Position numbers and translations under genes: made by a program
Shown here: piece by piece, positions 19,730 to 30,019 of the stretch
Layout: each line of letters begins with the position of its first letter
How positions within the stretch are numbered: position 1 is the first letter of the stretch
From: an uncultured Chloroflexia bacterium
Lineage (GTDB): Bacteria > Chloroflexota > Chloroflexia > Thermomicrobiales > UBA6265
Assembly (NCBI GenBank): GCA_963741965.1
Contig: CAVUKC010000002.1
Span: 1,513,869 to 1,577,868, forward strand
Reading direction: 5' to 3'
DNA: 64,000 nucleotides
The notes under the pieces: model-generated
The model's database searches: none
What the model saw: only the letters and a program-made list of their open reading frames with translations
What the model was told of the DNA's origin: nothing

Positions 19730-21466
19730 ATGACCACCAGCCAGAGTCCGTGGCACGTCACCCGACCGGCCGTCACCAGCACGCGTGGCATCGTCGCCGC
19801 CAAGGCCCCGGACGCCGTCGCGGCCGGCCTCGCCATGCTCGAGCGCGGCGGCAACGCCATCGACGCGGCGGTCGCCACCGCCTTCGCGGTCGGTGTCGCC
19901 GAGCCGTGGATGAACGGGCTCGGCGGCGGCGGCTTTCTGGTCGCATGGCTGGCGAGCGAGGGGCGCAGCATCGCCATCGAGTACCCCATGCTCTCGCCGG
20001 CGGGCGCCACGGAGGACATGTTCCCGCTTGCCAACACCGCGCCAGACGCCTCGCTGTTCGGGTGGCCATCGACGGTCGACAACGCGAACGTCGTCGGTCA
20101 CCGCTCGGTGGCGATTCCCGGCACGGTTGACGGGCTCGCGATGGCGCTGGAGCGATACGGGACACTCAGTCTCGCCGAGGTGATGGCCCCGGCGATCGAG
20201 ATCGCCGAGCGGGGCTTCGAGGTCACCTGGCACACGACCAACACGATCAGCCGGGACATCGCGAATCTCTCCCGCTTCCCGGCCACGGCGGCGATCTTCC
20301 TGGACGCGGCCGGACGAGCCCCGGTCACCATGCAGCAGGCGACTCCGACGCAGATCCGCAACCCCGATCTCGCCAGAACGCTGCGCGGCATCGCCGAGAA
20401 CGGCCCGCGCTGGTTTTACGAAAGCGAGATCGCCGAGACATTCGCCAGCCACATGCGAGAGCACGGCGGCACGCACACCGCCGACGACTTCTGCGACTAT
20501 CACGCGAGGGAGGCGGATGCCCGGTCGGTCCGGTACGGCGACCATGTGGTGCACACCGTCGGCGGGCCGTCCGGCGGCAGCACCATCGCGGAGATGATGC
20601 TCGTCCTGGATCGCCTCGGCGCACACGCCTGGGAGCACAACGCGCCGGAGGCGCTGCATCGGCTCGCCCAGGTCGGCCGCCGCGTCTACGCCGACCGGTT
20701 CACCTACTTCGGCGACCCGGCGCACGTTGACGTTCCGTGGGAGGCGTTCCTCAGCGAGGACTACATCGCCTCGATCGCGAACGGCATCAGCGACGGACCG
20801 GCGGGCAAGCCATGCGCCGGTACCCGCGAGCAGCTCGGCGTGACCCACGACCTCGCCGCCTCCGTGCAGGAGTACATGAAGGACGGCAGCACGACGCACC
20901 TGAGCGTGGCGGACGGTGACGGCAACGTTGTGTCCATCACCCAGACACTGCTGGCCGGTTGGGGCAGCCGCGTGGTTGTCCCCGGAACCGGCGTGCTCTT
21001 CAACAACGGCATGATGTGGTTCGATCCGGAGCCGGGCCGACCCAACTCGGTTGCTGGAGGCAAGATCCCGCTGTCGAACATGGCACCGCTGGTCGTTTCG
21101 GCCGGGGAGCAGGCGCGCGCCACCATCGGCTCGAGCGGCGGTCGCAAGATCGCGTTCCAAAACACCCAGGTGACGTTGAACGTGCTCGACCACGGCATGG
21201 GCATGCAGGCGGCGATCGACGCGCCCGTGATCGACATCTCCACACCGCTGCTGGTGGCGTCCTCGCTGCTGCCGGGAGCGACGATCGAGGCGCTGAGGGC
21301 ACTCGGACACGATGTCGCCGTGCGTGACCCGAGCCGGATGACCGGCGACTTCGCCTCGCCGACCGGAGTATTGCGGCACGACGACGGCACGCTCGAGGGC
21401 GGGGCCGACCCGTGGTACTACCCGGCATCCGTGGGCGCGGTCGAAGGAGGTCGCTCGAAGGCGTGA
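19730..21466 (+). CDS. ggt: Gamma-glutamyltransferase
   Basis: MTTSQSPWHVTRPAVTSTRGIVAA..GGNAIDAAVATAFAVGVAEPWMNGLGGGGF ... DGSTTHLSVADGDGNVVSITQTL, which includes the autoprocessing Thr region. This is the last 579 codons of the 1516-aa table ORF. Confidence 0.9.
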   Translation: MTTSQSPWHVTRPAVTSTRGIVAAKAPDAVAAGLAMLERGGNAIDAAVATAFAVGVAEPWMNGLGGGGFLVAWLASEGRSIAIEYPMLSPAGATEDMFPLANTAPDASLFGWPSTVDNANVVGHRSVAIPGTVDGLAMALERYGTLSLAEVMAPAIEIAERGFEVTWHTTNTISRDIANLSRFPATAAIFLDAAGRAPVTMQQATPTQIRNPDLARTLRGIAENGPRWFYESEIAETFASHMREHGGTHTADDFCDYHAREADARSVRYGDHVVHTVGGPSGGSTIAEMMLVLDRLGAHAWEHNAPEALHRLAQVGRRVYADRFTYFGDPAHVDVPWEAFLSEDYIASIANGISDGPAGKPCAGTREQLGVTHDLAASVQEYMKDGSTTHLSVADGDGNVVSITQTLLAGWGSRVVVPGTGVLFNNGMMWFDPEPGRPNSVAGGKIPLSNMAPLVVSAGEQARATIGSSGGRKIAFQNTQVTLNVLDHGMGMQAAIDAPVIDISTPLLVASSLLPGATIEALRALGHDVAVRDPSRMTGDFASPTGVLRHDDGTLEGGADPWYYPASVGAVEGGRSKA

Positions 21467-21688
21467 CGGCGCCTTGGTCGCGGGACACAGGCTGGCGGGG
21501 CAAGGTGATGGCAGGCAAGGGGTAATTGCGCGTTGTCCGTGCCCGCAGCCTGTGCCACAATACGGGCCATATCGCAACGACATTCGGTGTAGCCACGGCG
21601 GCCAGCGGGGGCTGGCCCGGTTTCCGCTGGGGAAATACGGCGAGACCAGGTCGATACGCGGCGACCCGTGGAAGTCAGGGAGGGAAAG

Positions 21689-23362
21689 ATGACGCGAAAC
21701 GAGGCACACGAGCAGGAACGCTGGAGCCGCCTACGGAAGCTGCGAGGATCGACGTCGTCGCGGCGCGAGTTCCTCACTCGCGCAATGGCGGCGGGTCTCA
21801 TTCCCATCGTCGCCGGCGGCGCTGGATACTCCAGCGCGTACGCGGCGACCCGGCAGGAGAACAGCCCGGTCGAGGGCGGCACCTTCATCACGCTCGGGCA
21901 TCAGGAGATCGCGGGTCTCAGTCCGGAGCAGAGCGGCCCGACGGTGCAGTGGGTTGCGATCACGCAGATCTTCAACGCCATGTACGAGCTCGACTACAAC
22001 CTCGAGCTGGTGCCGGTACTGGCCGAGTCCTACGAGGCGTCAGAGGACGGGCTCACCTACACCTTCCGGCTGCGCCAGGGTGTGAAGTTCCACAATGGTG
22101 ATGAGTTCACCTCGGCGGACGTCAAGTACTCGTTCGACTGGGTGATGAATCCGGACAACGGCTCCACCCGCGCCGGCGCGACCGAGCTCGTCGAGAAGGT
22201 CGAGGCGCCGGACGACTCCACCGTCGTCGTCACACTGACGGATCCGGACGTCACCTTCATGATTGGCGGAGCGCAGCTCTTCATCTACCCATCGAAGTAC
22301 CACAAGGAGATCGGCGAGGAGGAGTTCTCCGCCAAGCCGGTCGGCACCGGGCCATTCAAGCTCAAGGAGTGGAACGCCCAGCAGCGCACGGTGCTGGAGG
22401 CCTTCGACAACCACTTCCGAGGTCGCCCGCACTTCGATGAGTTCCGGCTCGACGTCGTGCCGGAGGCCGGTGGCCGCCTCGCGGCGCTCGAGTCCGGCCA
22501 GGCGGACAACTCGATCTGGGCGCTCAACGCCGAGGACAACACCAACCTGATCGATAGCGGCGACTTCACCGTATTCCAGACGGTGCAGAACGCGATCAAC
22601 CACTTCCCGCTGAACAACGAGCACCCGATCCTCGGGGACAAGCAGGTGCGCAAGGCGCTCATGCACGCGATGGACCGGGAAGCGATCATCAACGACATCT
22701 TCCAGGGCCAGGCGACCCTCGCCACGTCCAACCTCTCGCCGAAGCACGAGAAGTACTACAACGCGGACGTCGAGACGTACGACTACAACGTCGACACCGC
22801 CAACCAGCTACTGGAAGAAGCAGGCTGGACCTTGGGCGATGACGGCATCCGCGAGAAGGACGGCGAGAAGCTCTCCTTCACCTGCGTGACGATCACCGGC
22901 GACTCTCAGCGACGCCCCGAGGCCGAGATCGCGCAGCAGTGGTTCAAGGAAGTCGGCGTCGACATGCAGCTGCAGGAGGCGACGGTCGACATCATCCTCA
23001 AGGCGATGACCGACGGCGAGATGGACGCCTCCCTCTTCAACTGGGTCTACGGCGGCAGCGGCGGTGACCCGGACGCGCGCTCGACGCTCAGCTCCGACGG
23101 CGCCAACAACTTCTCCAACTTCAGCAACGAGCGCGTCGACGAGCTGCTTCTCCAGGGCATCAAGGAGCAGGACCAGGAGGCGCGCGTCGAGATCTACAGG
23201 GAGATCCAGGCGATCGTCGCCGACGAGGTGCCGTTCCTGTTTGTGCTGGTGTTCAACGACTACGCCTTCTATGCGAAGTCGATCAAGGGCCTTCCGGAAA
23301 AGGTGCTGCAGTCGGACAACGTCTACCCGTTCGTGTTCGAGCTCTGGCGCGCCGAGGACTGA
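21689..23362 (+). CDS. ABC transporter substrate-binding protein, peptide/nickel (family 5), Tat signal
   Basis: SRREFLTRAMAAGLIPIVAGGAGYSSAYAA signal followed by a typical DppA/OppA-like body. GGGAGGGAAAG lies before ATG 21689. Confidence 0.9.
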   Translation: MTRNEAHEQERWSRLRKLRGSTSSRREFLTRAMAAGLIPIVAGGAGYSSAYAATRQENSPVEGGTFITLGHQEIAGLSPEQSGPTVQWVAITQIFNAMYELDYNLELVPVLAESYEASEDGLTYTFRLRQGVKFHNGDEFTSADVKYSFDWVMNPDNGSTRAGATELVEKVEAPDDSTVVVTLTDPDVTFMIGGAQLFIYPSKYHKEIGEEEFSAKPVGTGPFKLKEWNAQQRTVLEAFDNHFRGRPHFDEFRLDVVPEAGGRLAALESGQADNSIWALNAEDNTNLIDSGDFTVFQTVQNAINHFPLNNEHPILGDKQVRKALMHAMDREAIINDIFQGQATLATSNLSPKHEKYYNADVETYDYNVDTANQLLEEAGWTLGDDGIREKDGEKLSFTCVTITGDSQRRPEAEIAQQWFKEVGVDMQLQEATVDIILKAMTDGEMDASLFNWVYGGSGGDPDARSTLSSDGANNFSNFSNERVDELLLQGIKEQDQEARVEIYREIQAIVADEVPFLFVLVFNDYAFYAKSIKGLPEKVLQSDNVYPFVFELWRAED

Positions 23363-23486
23363 CGCGGCCCGCGAGCCAGCTCCCAGCCAAACCTGCCGAA
23401 GGATGGATGCCGGCGTCGTGACGGGCGCCGGCATCTGCTATGCTGGCCCCCGAGTTAGACGACGCGTTTTGGGGCGAGGTCCATTC

Positions 23487-24416
23487 ATGCTTACGTATAT
23501 CGTCCAGCGGGTGCTGCAGGGGGTGCTCGTGATCTTTCTGGTGAGCGTGCTGACGTTCACCGTGATGCAGCTGGCGCCCGGCGACCCGGTGCGACTGCTC
23601 GTCGGGCAGGACGCCTACATCACCGAAGAGCAGCTCGACGCCATCCGTGACAAGTGGGGGTTGAACGACTCACCGGTCGAACAGTACCGCACATGGATCA
23701 CAAATCTCGTCACCGGTGACCTCGGCACCTCGATGATGCGCCCCGGCGTGCCGATCAGCGAGATGATCCTCGACGCCGCGCAGATGACGCTTCGTCTCAA
23801 CATCCTCTCGTTCTTCATTTCCGCCGGGATCGCGATCCCGATCGGCGTGCTCGCCGCGATCAAGCGGTACTCGTGGTTCGACTACGGCAGCATGCTCGGT
23901 TCGACGCTTGGGGTGGCCGTGCCGAACTACTGGATCGGGCTGATGGCGATCGTCGTCTTCTCGGTCAACCTCGGATGGGTGCCACCGTATGGCGCCGACT
24001 CCTGGAAGGCGTACATCCTGCCGGTGATCGTGCTCTCCATCGAGGAGATGGCGGCGCTGGCACGGCTGACCCGCGGCGCGACGATCGAGGTGATGAGCCA
24101 GGACTACGTCACCACCAGCCGCGCCAAGGGGCTTGGCGAGCGCGCGGTGATCTTCCGCCATATCGTTCGCAACGCGCTGCTTCCCGTCGTCACCATCATC
24201 GGCTACCGCATCGCCTTCATCCTCAGCGGCACGATCGTGGTCGAGACCGTGTTCGCATGGCCGGGGATGGGCCGCCTCTTCTTCGACTCGATCCAGTCCC
24301 AGGACTTTCAGGTCGTCCAGGCGATCGTGATCCTGCTCACCATTGTGGTGGTGGTGATGAACATCCTGACGGACCTGACCTACGCCATCATCGATCCCAG
24401 GGTGCGTGTCCGATGA
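23487..24416 (+). CDS. ABC transporter permease (DppB/OppB-like)
   Basis: MLTYIVQRVLQGVLVIFLVSVLTFTVMQLAPGDPV and the EAA-type loop SQDYVTTSRAKGL. Confidence 0.9.
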   Translation: MLTYIVQRVLQGVLVIFLVSVLTFTVMQLAPGDPVRLLVGQDAYITEEQLDAIRDKWGLNDSPVEQYRTWITNLVTGDLGTSMMRPGVPISEMILDAAQMTLRLNILSFFISAGIAIPIGVLAAIKRYSWFDYGSMLGSTLGVAVPNYWIGLMAIVVFSVNLGWVPPYGADSWKAYILPVIVLSIEEMAALARLTRGATIEVMSQDYVTTSRAKGLGERAVIFRHIVRNALLPVVTIIGYRIAFILSGTIVVETVFAWPGMGRLFFDSIQSQDFQVVQAIVILLTIVVVVMNILTDLTYAIIDPRVRVR

Positions 24417-25333
24417 GCAGCACGACCACCGCAGGCAACGTCACCAGCCGATCGGCGGGCTCCCTCGAGGAGATCGCCGAGGTATCGGCGCACCGGAGCG
24501 AGCGCAGCCGCGTCTGGCGCCGGTTCGTGCGCTACCGTCCCGGCCTGATCGGGCTCGGCCTGATCGCGCTGCTCATCATCCTGGCGATCTTCGCGCCGCT
24601 CATCGCGCCGTACGACCCGACCGAGATCAACACACCTCTGCGCGGTGCCGGACCGTCGGCAAGCTACTGGCTCGGCAACGACGACATCGGGAGGGACATC
24701 CTCAGCCGGCTGATCTACGGCACCCGCATCGCCCTCATCGTCGGCATCGGCGCGACCGCGATCGCGGTCGCCATCGGCGTCACGGTGGGCGCCACGGCAG
24801 GGTACTTCGGCGGCCGCGTCGACTTCGTACTCTCCCGGCTGGTCGACACGCTGATGGCCTTCCCGCTGCTGGCGCTACTGCTGACGCTCTCGGCCGTGTT
24901 CGGTCCGAGCCTGCGCAACGTGGTCGTGGTGATCGGGCTCACCGTGTGGGCGTCATACGCGCGGCTCGTCCGCGCCGAGGTGCTCAGCCTGCGCGAGCGC
25001 GACTTCATCCTCGCAGCGCGAGCGTCGGGCGCTGCCGACCGGCGCATCATCTTCCGGCACATCGTGCCAAACGCGCTCGGCCCGGTGATCGTGATCGCCT
25101 CGCTGGCGATCGGCGGCATCATCATCCTCGAGTCGGCGCTCTCCTTCCTCGGCCTCGGCGTCTCACGGCCGACCGCGTCCTGGGGTACGATGCTGTCGGA
25201 CGGTCGCGAGTTCATCCGCAACTACCCGCACATCGCGATCGCGCCGGGTGTTGCCATCACCATCACCGTGCTGTCGTTCAACCTCGTGGGTGACGGACTC
25301 CGCGACGCGCTCGATCCGCGCCAGCGGGAGTAA
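24413..25333 (+). CDS. ABC transporter permease (DppC/OppC-like)
   Basis: LIGLGLIALLIILAIFAPLIAPYDP ... RERDFILAARASGA. There is an ATGA overlap with the preceding permease gene. Confidence 0.9.
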   Translation: MSSTTTAGNVTSRSAGSLEEIAEVSAHRSERSRVWRRFVRYRPGLIGLGLIALLIILAIFAPLIAPYDPTEINTPLRGAGPSASYWLGNDDIGRDILSRLIYGTRIALIVGIGATAIAVAIGVTVGATAGYFGGRVDFVLSRLVDTLMAFPLLALLLTLSAVFGPSLRNVVVVIGLTVWASYARLVRAEVLSLRERDFILAARASGAADRRIIFRHIVPNALGPVIVIASLAIGGIIILESALSFLGLGVSRPTASWGTMLSDGREFIRNYPHIAIAPGVAITITVLSFNLVGDGLRDALDPRQRE

Positions 25334-25356
25334 CGTCCCCGACCCAGGGATCGCCC

Positions 25357-26544
25357 GTGACATCTCCACGCTCCTCGTCTCACCGCGCATACCTCTCCGC
25401 CCGTGTCGTGCTGGCCGCGCTGGCAGTCCTCCTGATGGCCGGCTGCAGCGACGTGGTCGGCCAGGAGGGCGAGAGCTCTTCCGGCCACCACCACGGCGGC
25501 GAGATGGGCGACATGGACACCCTGCTGCCGATGACGATCACCGACTGGCTGTTCGCGCCGGGGGCCGATCATGCCACCGGCGACCCGATCGGCGTGGCCC
25601 ACCTCTCGATCAGCCCGATGGCTCCCGGTGCGAACGACCTCACCCTTGCTCTCACCGACCTCGAGGGCGCCCCGTTGCCGGGCATCACGGAAGCCAGCCA
25701 CCTGACGCTCACCTCCAGGACGCTCGCGAAGGGAGCGTCCGATCTCGACCTCGAGATGACGCCGGGCGAGGACCAGCCGGCGACGTGGCATGCCGACCAG
25801 CTCAACCTGACGGACGCCGGGTGGTATGCGTTCCACATCACCCTCGACACAGGCGACGTGGGCGCGGAGGCGCAGCTCTACGCGCTGCTGCCCGACCCCA
25901 GCGTGCATGGCGCGAGCGCGGTCGAGCTGCCGGATTCGGATCCCGACGCCGAAGCCATCTACAACAAGGCGCTCGAGTCCTACGCGTCGTGGAGCGCGGC
26001 GAAGTGGCGGGAGAGCCTCGGCAGCGGCGCGGACGCGCTCGTAGTAACGCGGTTCGCACTCACCAGCCGACCGTCCGAGCCGGCGGCGCAGACGATGCAC
26101 TCCGAGTACGCAGCGGCATATCGGGACCGAACCGACGGCACGCGACCAGCGCCACCGCAGCATGACTTCGCAGCCCGCGTTGCTATCGGCGACAGGATGT
26201 GGTCGCGAGCCGGGATGGACACCTGGGAGCGCGTGGATGGCTTCGACGTCGCGTCGTTCGCCGACCGCGCCGAGATCTACAAGGGTGCGACCAACATCCA
26301 GCTCGGCGGCACCGAGACGGTCAACGGCCGGGAAGCGCAGATCATCACCTTCTTCCTGCCCGAAAAGGACGGTCAGAGCGAGGCATGGTTCGTTTGGTGG
26401 GTGGATCGGGACACCGGTGACCCGCTCCGCATCATGATGGTCGCGCAGATGCACTTCATGATCTGGGACATCTATGACATCAACGGCTCGTTCAGCATCG
26501 AGCCCCCGGCGGCCGACGAGGTGGCAACACCCGGAGCCGACTGA
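25357..26544 (+). CDS. Lipoprotein of unknown function with a His/Met-rich N-terminus
   Basis: Lipobox LLMAGC, then SSSGHHHGGEMGDMD. An Ig-like segment (HLSISPMAPGANDLTLALTDLEGAPL) recalls YtkA/CopC-type domains. The C-terminal half is beta-rich. No confident family could be assigned from the sequence alone. Confidence 0.55.
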   Translation: MTSPRSSSHRAYLSARVVLAALAVLLMAGCSDVVGQEGESSSGHHHGGEMGDMDTLLPMTITDWLFAPGADHATGDPIGVAHLSISPMAPGANDLTLALTDLEGAPLPGITEASHLTLTSRTLAKGASDLDLEMTPGEDQPATWHADQLNLTDAGWYAFHITLDTGDVGAEAQLYALLPDPSVHGASAVELPDSDPDAEAIYNKALESYASWSAAKWRESLGSGADALVVTRFALTSRPSEPAAQTMHSEYAAAYRDRTDGTRPAPPQHDFAARVAIGDRMWSRAGMDTWERVDGFDVASFADRAEIYKGATNIQLGGTETVNGREAQIITFFLPEKDGQSEAWFVWWVDRDTGDPLRIMMVAQMHFMIWDIYDINGSFSIEPPAADEVATPGAD

Positions 26545-26633
26545 CCGTCTCCCGCCCTTGACGTCGCTTCACGTTTGGTGAGGATGGTGACGCCGCGCGA
26601 CGACGCGGCACGTCCATCGAGCGACTGTGAAGG

Positions 26634-27500
26634 ATGTCCACCGTGAAGCTGACCTTTCTCGGCACCGGGTCCGCCGAGGGCCACCCCGACCCGTTCTGCC
26701 TCTGCGAGCACTGCGAGGCGGCCCGCCATCACGGCGGCAAGGCGATCCGCTACCGGTCGTCGGCGCTCATCGATGACGTCTTCCTCATCGACTTCGGCCC
26801 GGATCTCAACGCCGCCAGCAACCGGCACGGTATCCCGCTCGCCGGCATCCGCTACGCCGCCCAGACGCACCCGCACGAGGACCACTTCTACACCGGCAAC
26901 TTCTTCAACCGCTCCACGCACTGCATGGTCGAAGGCGCGCATCACATGCAGTACACCGTGTCACCGGTGACGGCGGCGTGCTTCCGCGAGGTCGCGAAGG
27001 GGTGGGCGCGGGAGATCGACGACTTCCAGCGCGACCACTATCCCACCCTGCGGACCGACCTCGTGCTCCATCGCGACTGGGACACGGTCGAGCTGGGCCC
27101 GTACCGCCTGCTCGCAATCCCGGCCAGTCACGCACCCGGTCTGGACGCCCACATCTTCGGCATCAGGCGCGACGACGGCCCGGCGCTGCTCTGGGGCACG
27201 GATACCGGTACGATGCCGGAGGGCGTGTGGGAGCGGGTACATGACGAGGGCTGGTCCTTCCACACCGTCATCCTCGATCACAACCATGGCTATCGTGAGG
27301 CGAGCCGCGTCCATCACTCAAGCGACTCGTTCGTCGCGGAGATCGAGCGGATGCGCCGGGCGGGCATCGTCGGTGATGACACCCGCCTCATTGCGACCCA
27401 CTTTGCCCACCATAGCCACCCGACGCCGGACGAGCTTGAGCAGTTCACGCGGGCGCGAGGGTATGAGCCGGCGTGGGACGGCATGGTTGTCGAGATCTGA
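26634..27500 (+). CDS. MBL-fold hydrolase (PhnP/GPP-like)
   Basis: MSTVKLTFLGTGSAEGHPDPFCLCEHCEAARHHGG...SSALIDD ... THPHEDHF. Confidence 0.75.
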   Translation: MSTVKLTFLGTGSAEGHPDPFCLCEHCEAARHHGGKAIRYRSSALIDDVFLIDFGPDLNAASNRHGIPLAGIRYAAQTHPHEDHFYTGNFFNRSTHCMVEGAHHMQYTVSPVTAACFREVAKGWAREIDDFQRDHYPTLRTDLVLHRDWDTVELGPYRLLAIPASHAPGLDAHIFGIRRDDGPALLWGTDTGTMPEGVWERVHDEGWSFHTVILDHNHGYREASRVHHSSDSFVAEIERMRRAGIVGDDTRLIATHFAHHSHPTPDELEQFTRARGYEPAWDGMVVEI

Positions 27501-27669
27501 TCGACCCCAAATGGTGATCGACTGCCGAATCATATTTCCATAACACCTGGTCAGGCGTAGTCTGGAACCGACCGGTCTCGATCAGGTTGCAGCGCACGGC
27601 TCGACGTCCTCTCGACAAAGGCTGCCGCCGAGCGCCGCAGCCTGACGACTGAGTCAGGAGGTTCGGGCC

Positions 27670-29025
27670 ATGAAGATGCTCGCGAGGATTCTCGGTTTGC
27701 TCTCGGTCGCTCTCGCCGCTCTGGTGGCACGCCCTGTCAACACCTATCAGGGCTTCATGGTGAAATCGACCGCGACAGCGCAGTCCCCGGCGCTGATCAT
27801 GATCGGCACGCTTGCTGCCGCGCTCGGTGTGCGATGCCGCTCTCCGCTCGCGACGCTCTCCGGAGTGTTGGGCGCAGGCGTTGGCGCCTGGTACATCCGC
27901 ATGGTCACCGCGCCGCACAACGAGCTCGAGCGGGCGTTCGGTGAGAGCTGGCGCCACCTGATCACGCCAGCGGTAGAGCGAGCCATGATCCGGCACCGGC
28001 TGTCGTGGCGGTTGCCGAAGGCGCCCGCGCCTCGATGGACGCGCGACGTGCCCTTTTGGACCATCCCCGGCACGGATCGCCAGCTGCTCGCCGATATCTG
28101 GGAGCCCGCGGACGGTGTTGAGCGGACCGGGACGGCAATCATCTACCTCTACGGGGGATCGTGGCACTTCTTCGACAAGGACGTTCTCACGCGCCCACTT
28201 TTCCGGCAGCTCACCGCGCAGGGGCATGTGATCATCGACGCGGGGCATCGCAGCTGCCCGGAGACGGATGTCGTCGGCATGGTTGGCGACGTCCATCGCG
28301 CCGTCGCATGGATCAAGGCGAACGCCGACCGCTACGGCGTCGACCCTGAGCAGATCGTCGTGATGGGCGGATCGTCCGGGGCGCACATCGCGCTCCTCGC
28401 CGCCTACGCGCCCGAAGACCCGAGGTTGAAACCGACGGAGCTCGAAGGCATCGACACCAGCGTGATGGCCGTCGTCTCCTGGTACGGCATCCCGGAGATG
28501 TCGTCCGCCGTCGAGCGCTGGCTCGGCCAGGAAGCATCCGGCCCCGCACCTTCGGATACATGGCAGCGGCGCGAGCCGGGTACGTTGGAGAACGCCATGA
28601 TGCGGCTGATGATGGGGCGAACGCTCAGCGCGGAGCAGTCGCCTCCTGGCCCATCGGTCCGTCAGCTCGTCCAGAACCTGCTCGGCGTCCAACCCGGTGA
28701 AAGCGCCGAGATGGAGGACCTGGCGTCACCGATCCACCACGTGAGCGCGGCGTGCCCGCCGACCATCATGCTGCAGGGGACGCACGACGCCGTGGTGCCA
28801 CTCGAGGCGGCGCGGCGGCTCCATCGGGCCCTGGTGGCCGCCGGCGTCCCGGTCGCCTACATCGAATATCCCTGGACGGAGCACGCCTTCGATCTGATGT
28901 ACCCGCCGCTCGCCAACCCCGCCGCGAGGGCGGCTTTGTACGATGTCGAGCGGTTCATCGCCTGTGCCGCTAGTGCGAGGGAACGACGCCAGAAGGAGCC
29001 TCTGGCGACCGCGGCAAACGAGTAG
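27670..29025 (+). CDS. Membrane-anchored alpha/beta hydrolase (esterase/lipase fold)
   Basis: N-terminal hydrophobic helices are present. IIYLYGGSWHF is oxyanion-type, the nucleophile elbow is GGSSGAHIALLAA, and the C-terminal region is QGTHDAVVP..WTEHAF. Confidence 0.8.
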   Translation: MKMLARILGLLSVALAALVARPVNTYQGFMVKSTATAQSPALIMIGTLAAALGVRCRSPLATLSGVLGAGVGAWYIRMVTAPHNELERAFGESWRHLITPAVERAMIRHRLSWRLPKAPAPRWTRDVPFWTIPGTDRQLLADIWEPADGVERTGTAIIYLYGGSWHFFDKDVLTRPLFRQLTAQGHVIIDAGHRSCPETDVVGMVGDVHRAVAWIKANADRYGVDPEQIVVMGGSSGAHIALLAAYAPEDPRLKPTELEGIDTSVMAVVSWYGIPEMSSAVERWLGQEASGPAPSDTWQRREPGTLENAMMRLMMGRTLSAEQSPPGPSVRQLVQNLLGVQPGESAEMEDLASPIHHVSAACPPTIMLQGTHDAVVPLEAARRLHRALVAAGVPVAYIEYPWTEHAFDLMYPPLANPAARAALYDVERFIACAASARERRQKEPLATAANE

Positions 29026-29119
29026 CGGGCAGATTCGGCCAAGTAGTCGCGGGTATGGGTCATGCGATGCCCAGGCGATCGACCGCGAGAGATGCGGTTT
29101 TGATCGACTGGAGGAAAGC

Positions 29120-29956
29120 ATGGGCAAGCACATACGCGTTCCGGACGAAGCGATTGCCGACCTCGAGACCGACGGCTCCGTACATGGGGTGACCAGCAAC
29201 GTTGCCTACCAGCGACTCGGAATCGTCAATGTCGCCTACATAGGCGACGCACGCACATGGGTGCTGTGCGACGCCGGCATCCCGGGCACGAAGCGATTCA
29301 TGACGCGCGCGGTTGAGGATCGGTTCGGGAAGGACGCGAGACCGCAGGCGATCCTCATGACCCACGGGCATTTCGACCACGTTGGCAACCTGAAGGATCT
29401 CGCGGAGATGTGGGACGTGCCCATCTACGCCCATGAGCGCGAGCTGCCATACCTGAACGGGTCGGAATCCTACCCCGACCCTGACCCCGGTGTCGGAGGC
29501 GGCATGATGGCACGCCTCGCGCACCTCTATCCCAAGGGGCCGGTCGATGTCAGACAGTGGCTGCGCCCACTGCCCGCTGACGGATCGGTGCCAGAACTGC
29601 CGGACTGGCGCTGGCTGCACACGCCGGGACACACGCGGGGCCACGTCTCGTTCTGGCGGGAATCGGATAACACACTGATCGCCGGTGACGCCTTCATCAC
29701 CACGGATCAGGAGTCCGCGTACGCGGTGCTGAGACAGAAGACGGAGATCCAGGGGCCACCGATGTATTTCACGCCCGACTGGGCCTCGGCGAAGGCGTCA
29801 GTCCGGATGCTTGCGGACCTCGAGCCGGAGATCGCGGTCACCGGTCATGGTCGCGCGATACGAGGCGAGGAACTTCGCCTCGGGCTGCGGAGACTCGCCG
29901 AGCGCTTCGACGAGATCGCCGTTCCGGAACACGGCAAGTACGTCGATCGAGCCTGA
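29120..29956 (+). CDS. MBL-fold metallo-hydrolase
   Basis: LMTHGHFDHVG motif. GGAGGAAAG RBS lies before ATG 29120, inside table ORF 28943..29956. Confidence 0.8.
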   Translation: MGKHIRVPDEAIADLETDGSVHGVTSNVAYQRLGIVNVAYIGDARTWVLCDAGIPGTKRFMTRAVEDRFGKDARPQAILMTHGHFDHVGNLKDLAEMWDVPIYAHERELPYLNGSESYPDPDPGVGGGMMARLAHLYPKGPVDVRQWLRPLPADGSVPELPDWRWLHTPGHTRGHVSFWRESDNTLIAGDAFITTDQESAYAVLRQKTEIQGPPMYFTPDWASAKASVRMLADLEPEIAVTGHGRAIRGEELRLGLRRLAERFDEIAVPEHGKYVDRA

Positions 29957-29963
29957 AACACAG

Positions 29964-29989
29964 CGAGGGCGGCAACAATGCCGCCCTCG
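29964..29989. terminator. Hairpin between convergent genes
   Basis: CGAGGGCGGCA-acaa-TGCCGCCCTCG forms an 11-bp perfect stem. Confidence 0.55.
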
Positions 29990-30019
29990 TGCCATGGTCA
30001 GTTCGAGCGACGCGTCGGC

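Noticed and set aside
16916-21466. A 1516-aa ORF on the plus strand, the longest in the table
   Set aside because: Its first ~940 codons are antisense to the well-supported hom and accD-accA genes and encode low-complexity Arg/Ala/Ser/Pro sequence. Only the last 579 codons (from ATG 19730, with an RBS) are a real gene (ggt). It is a typical high-GC shadow ORF.
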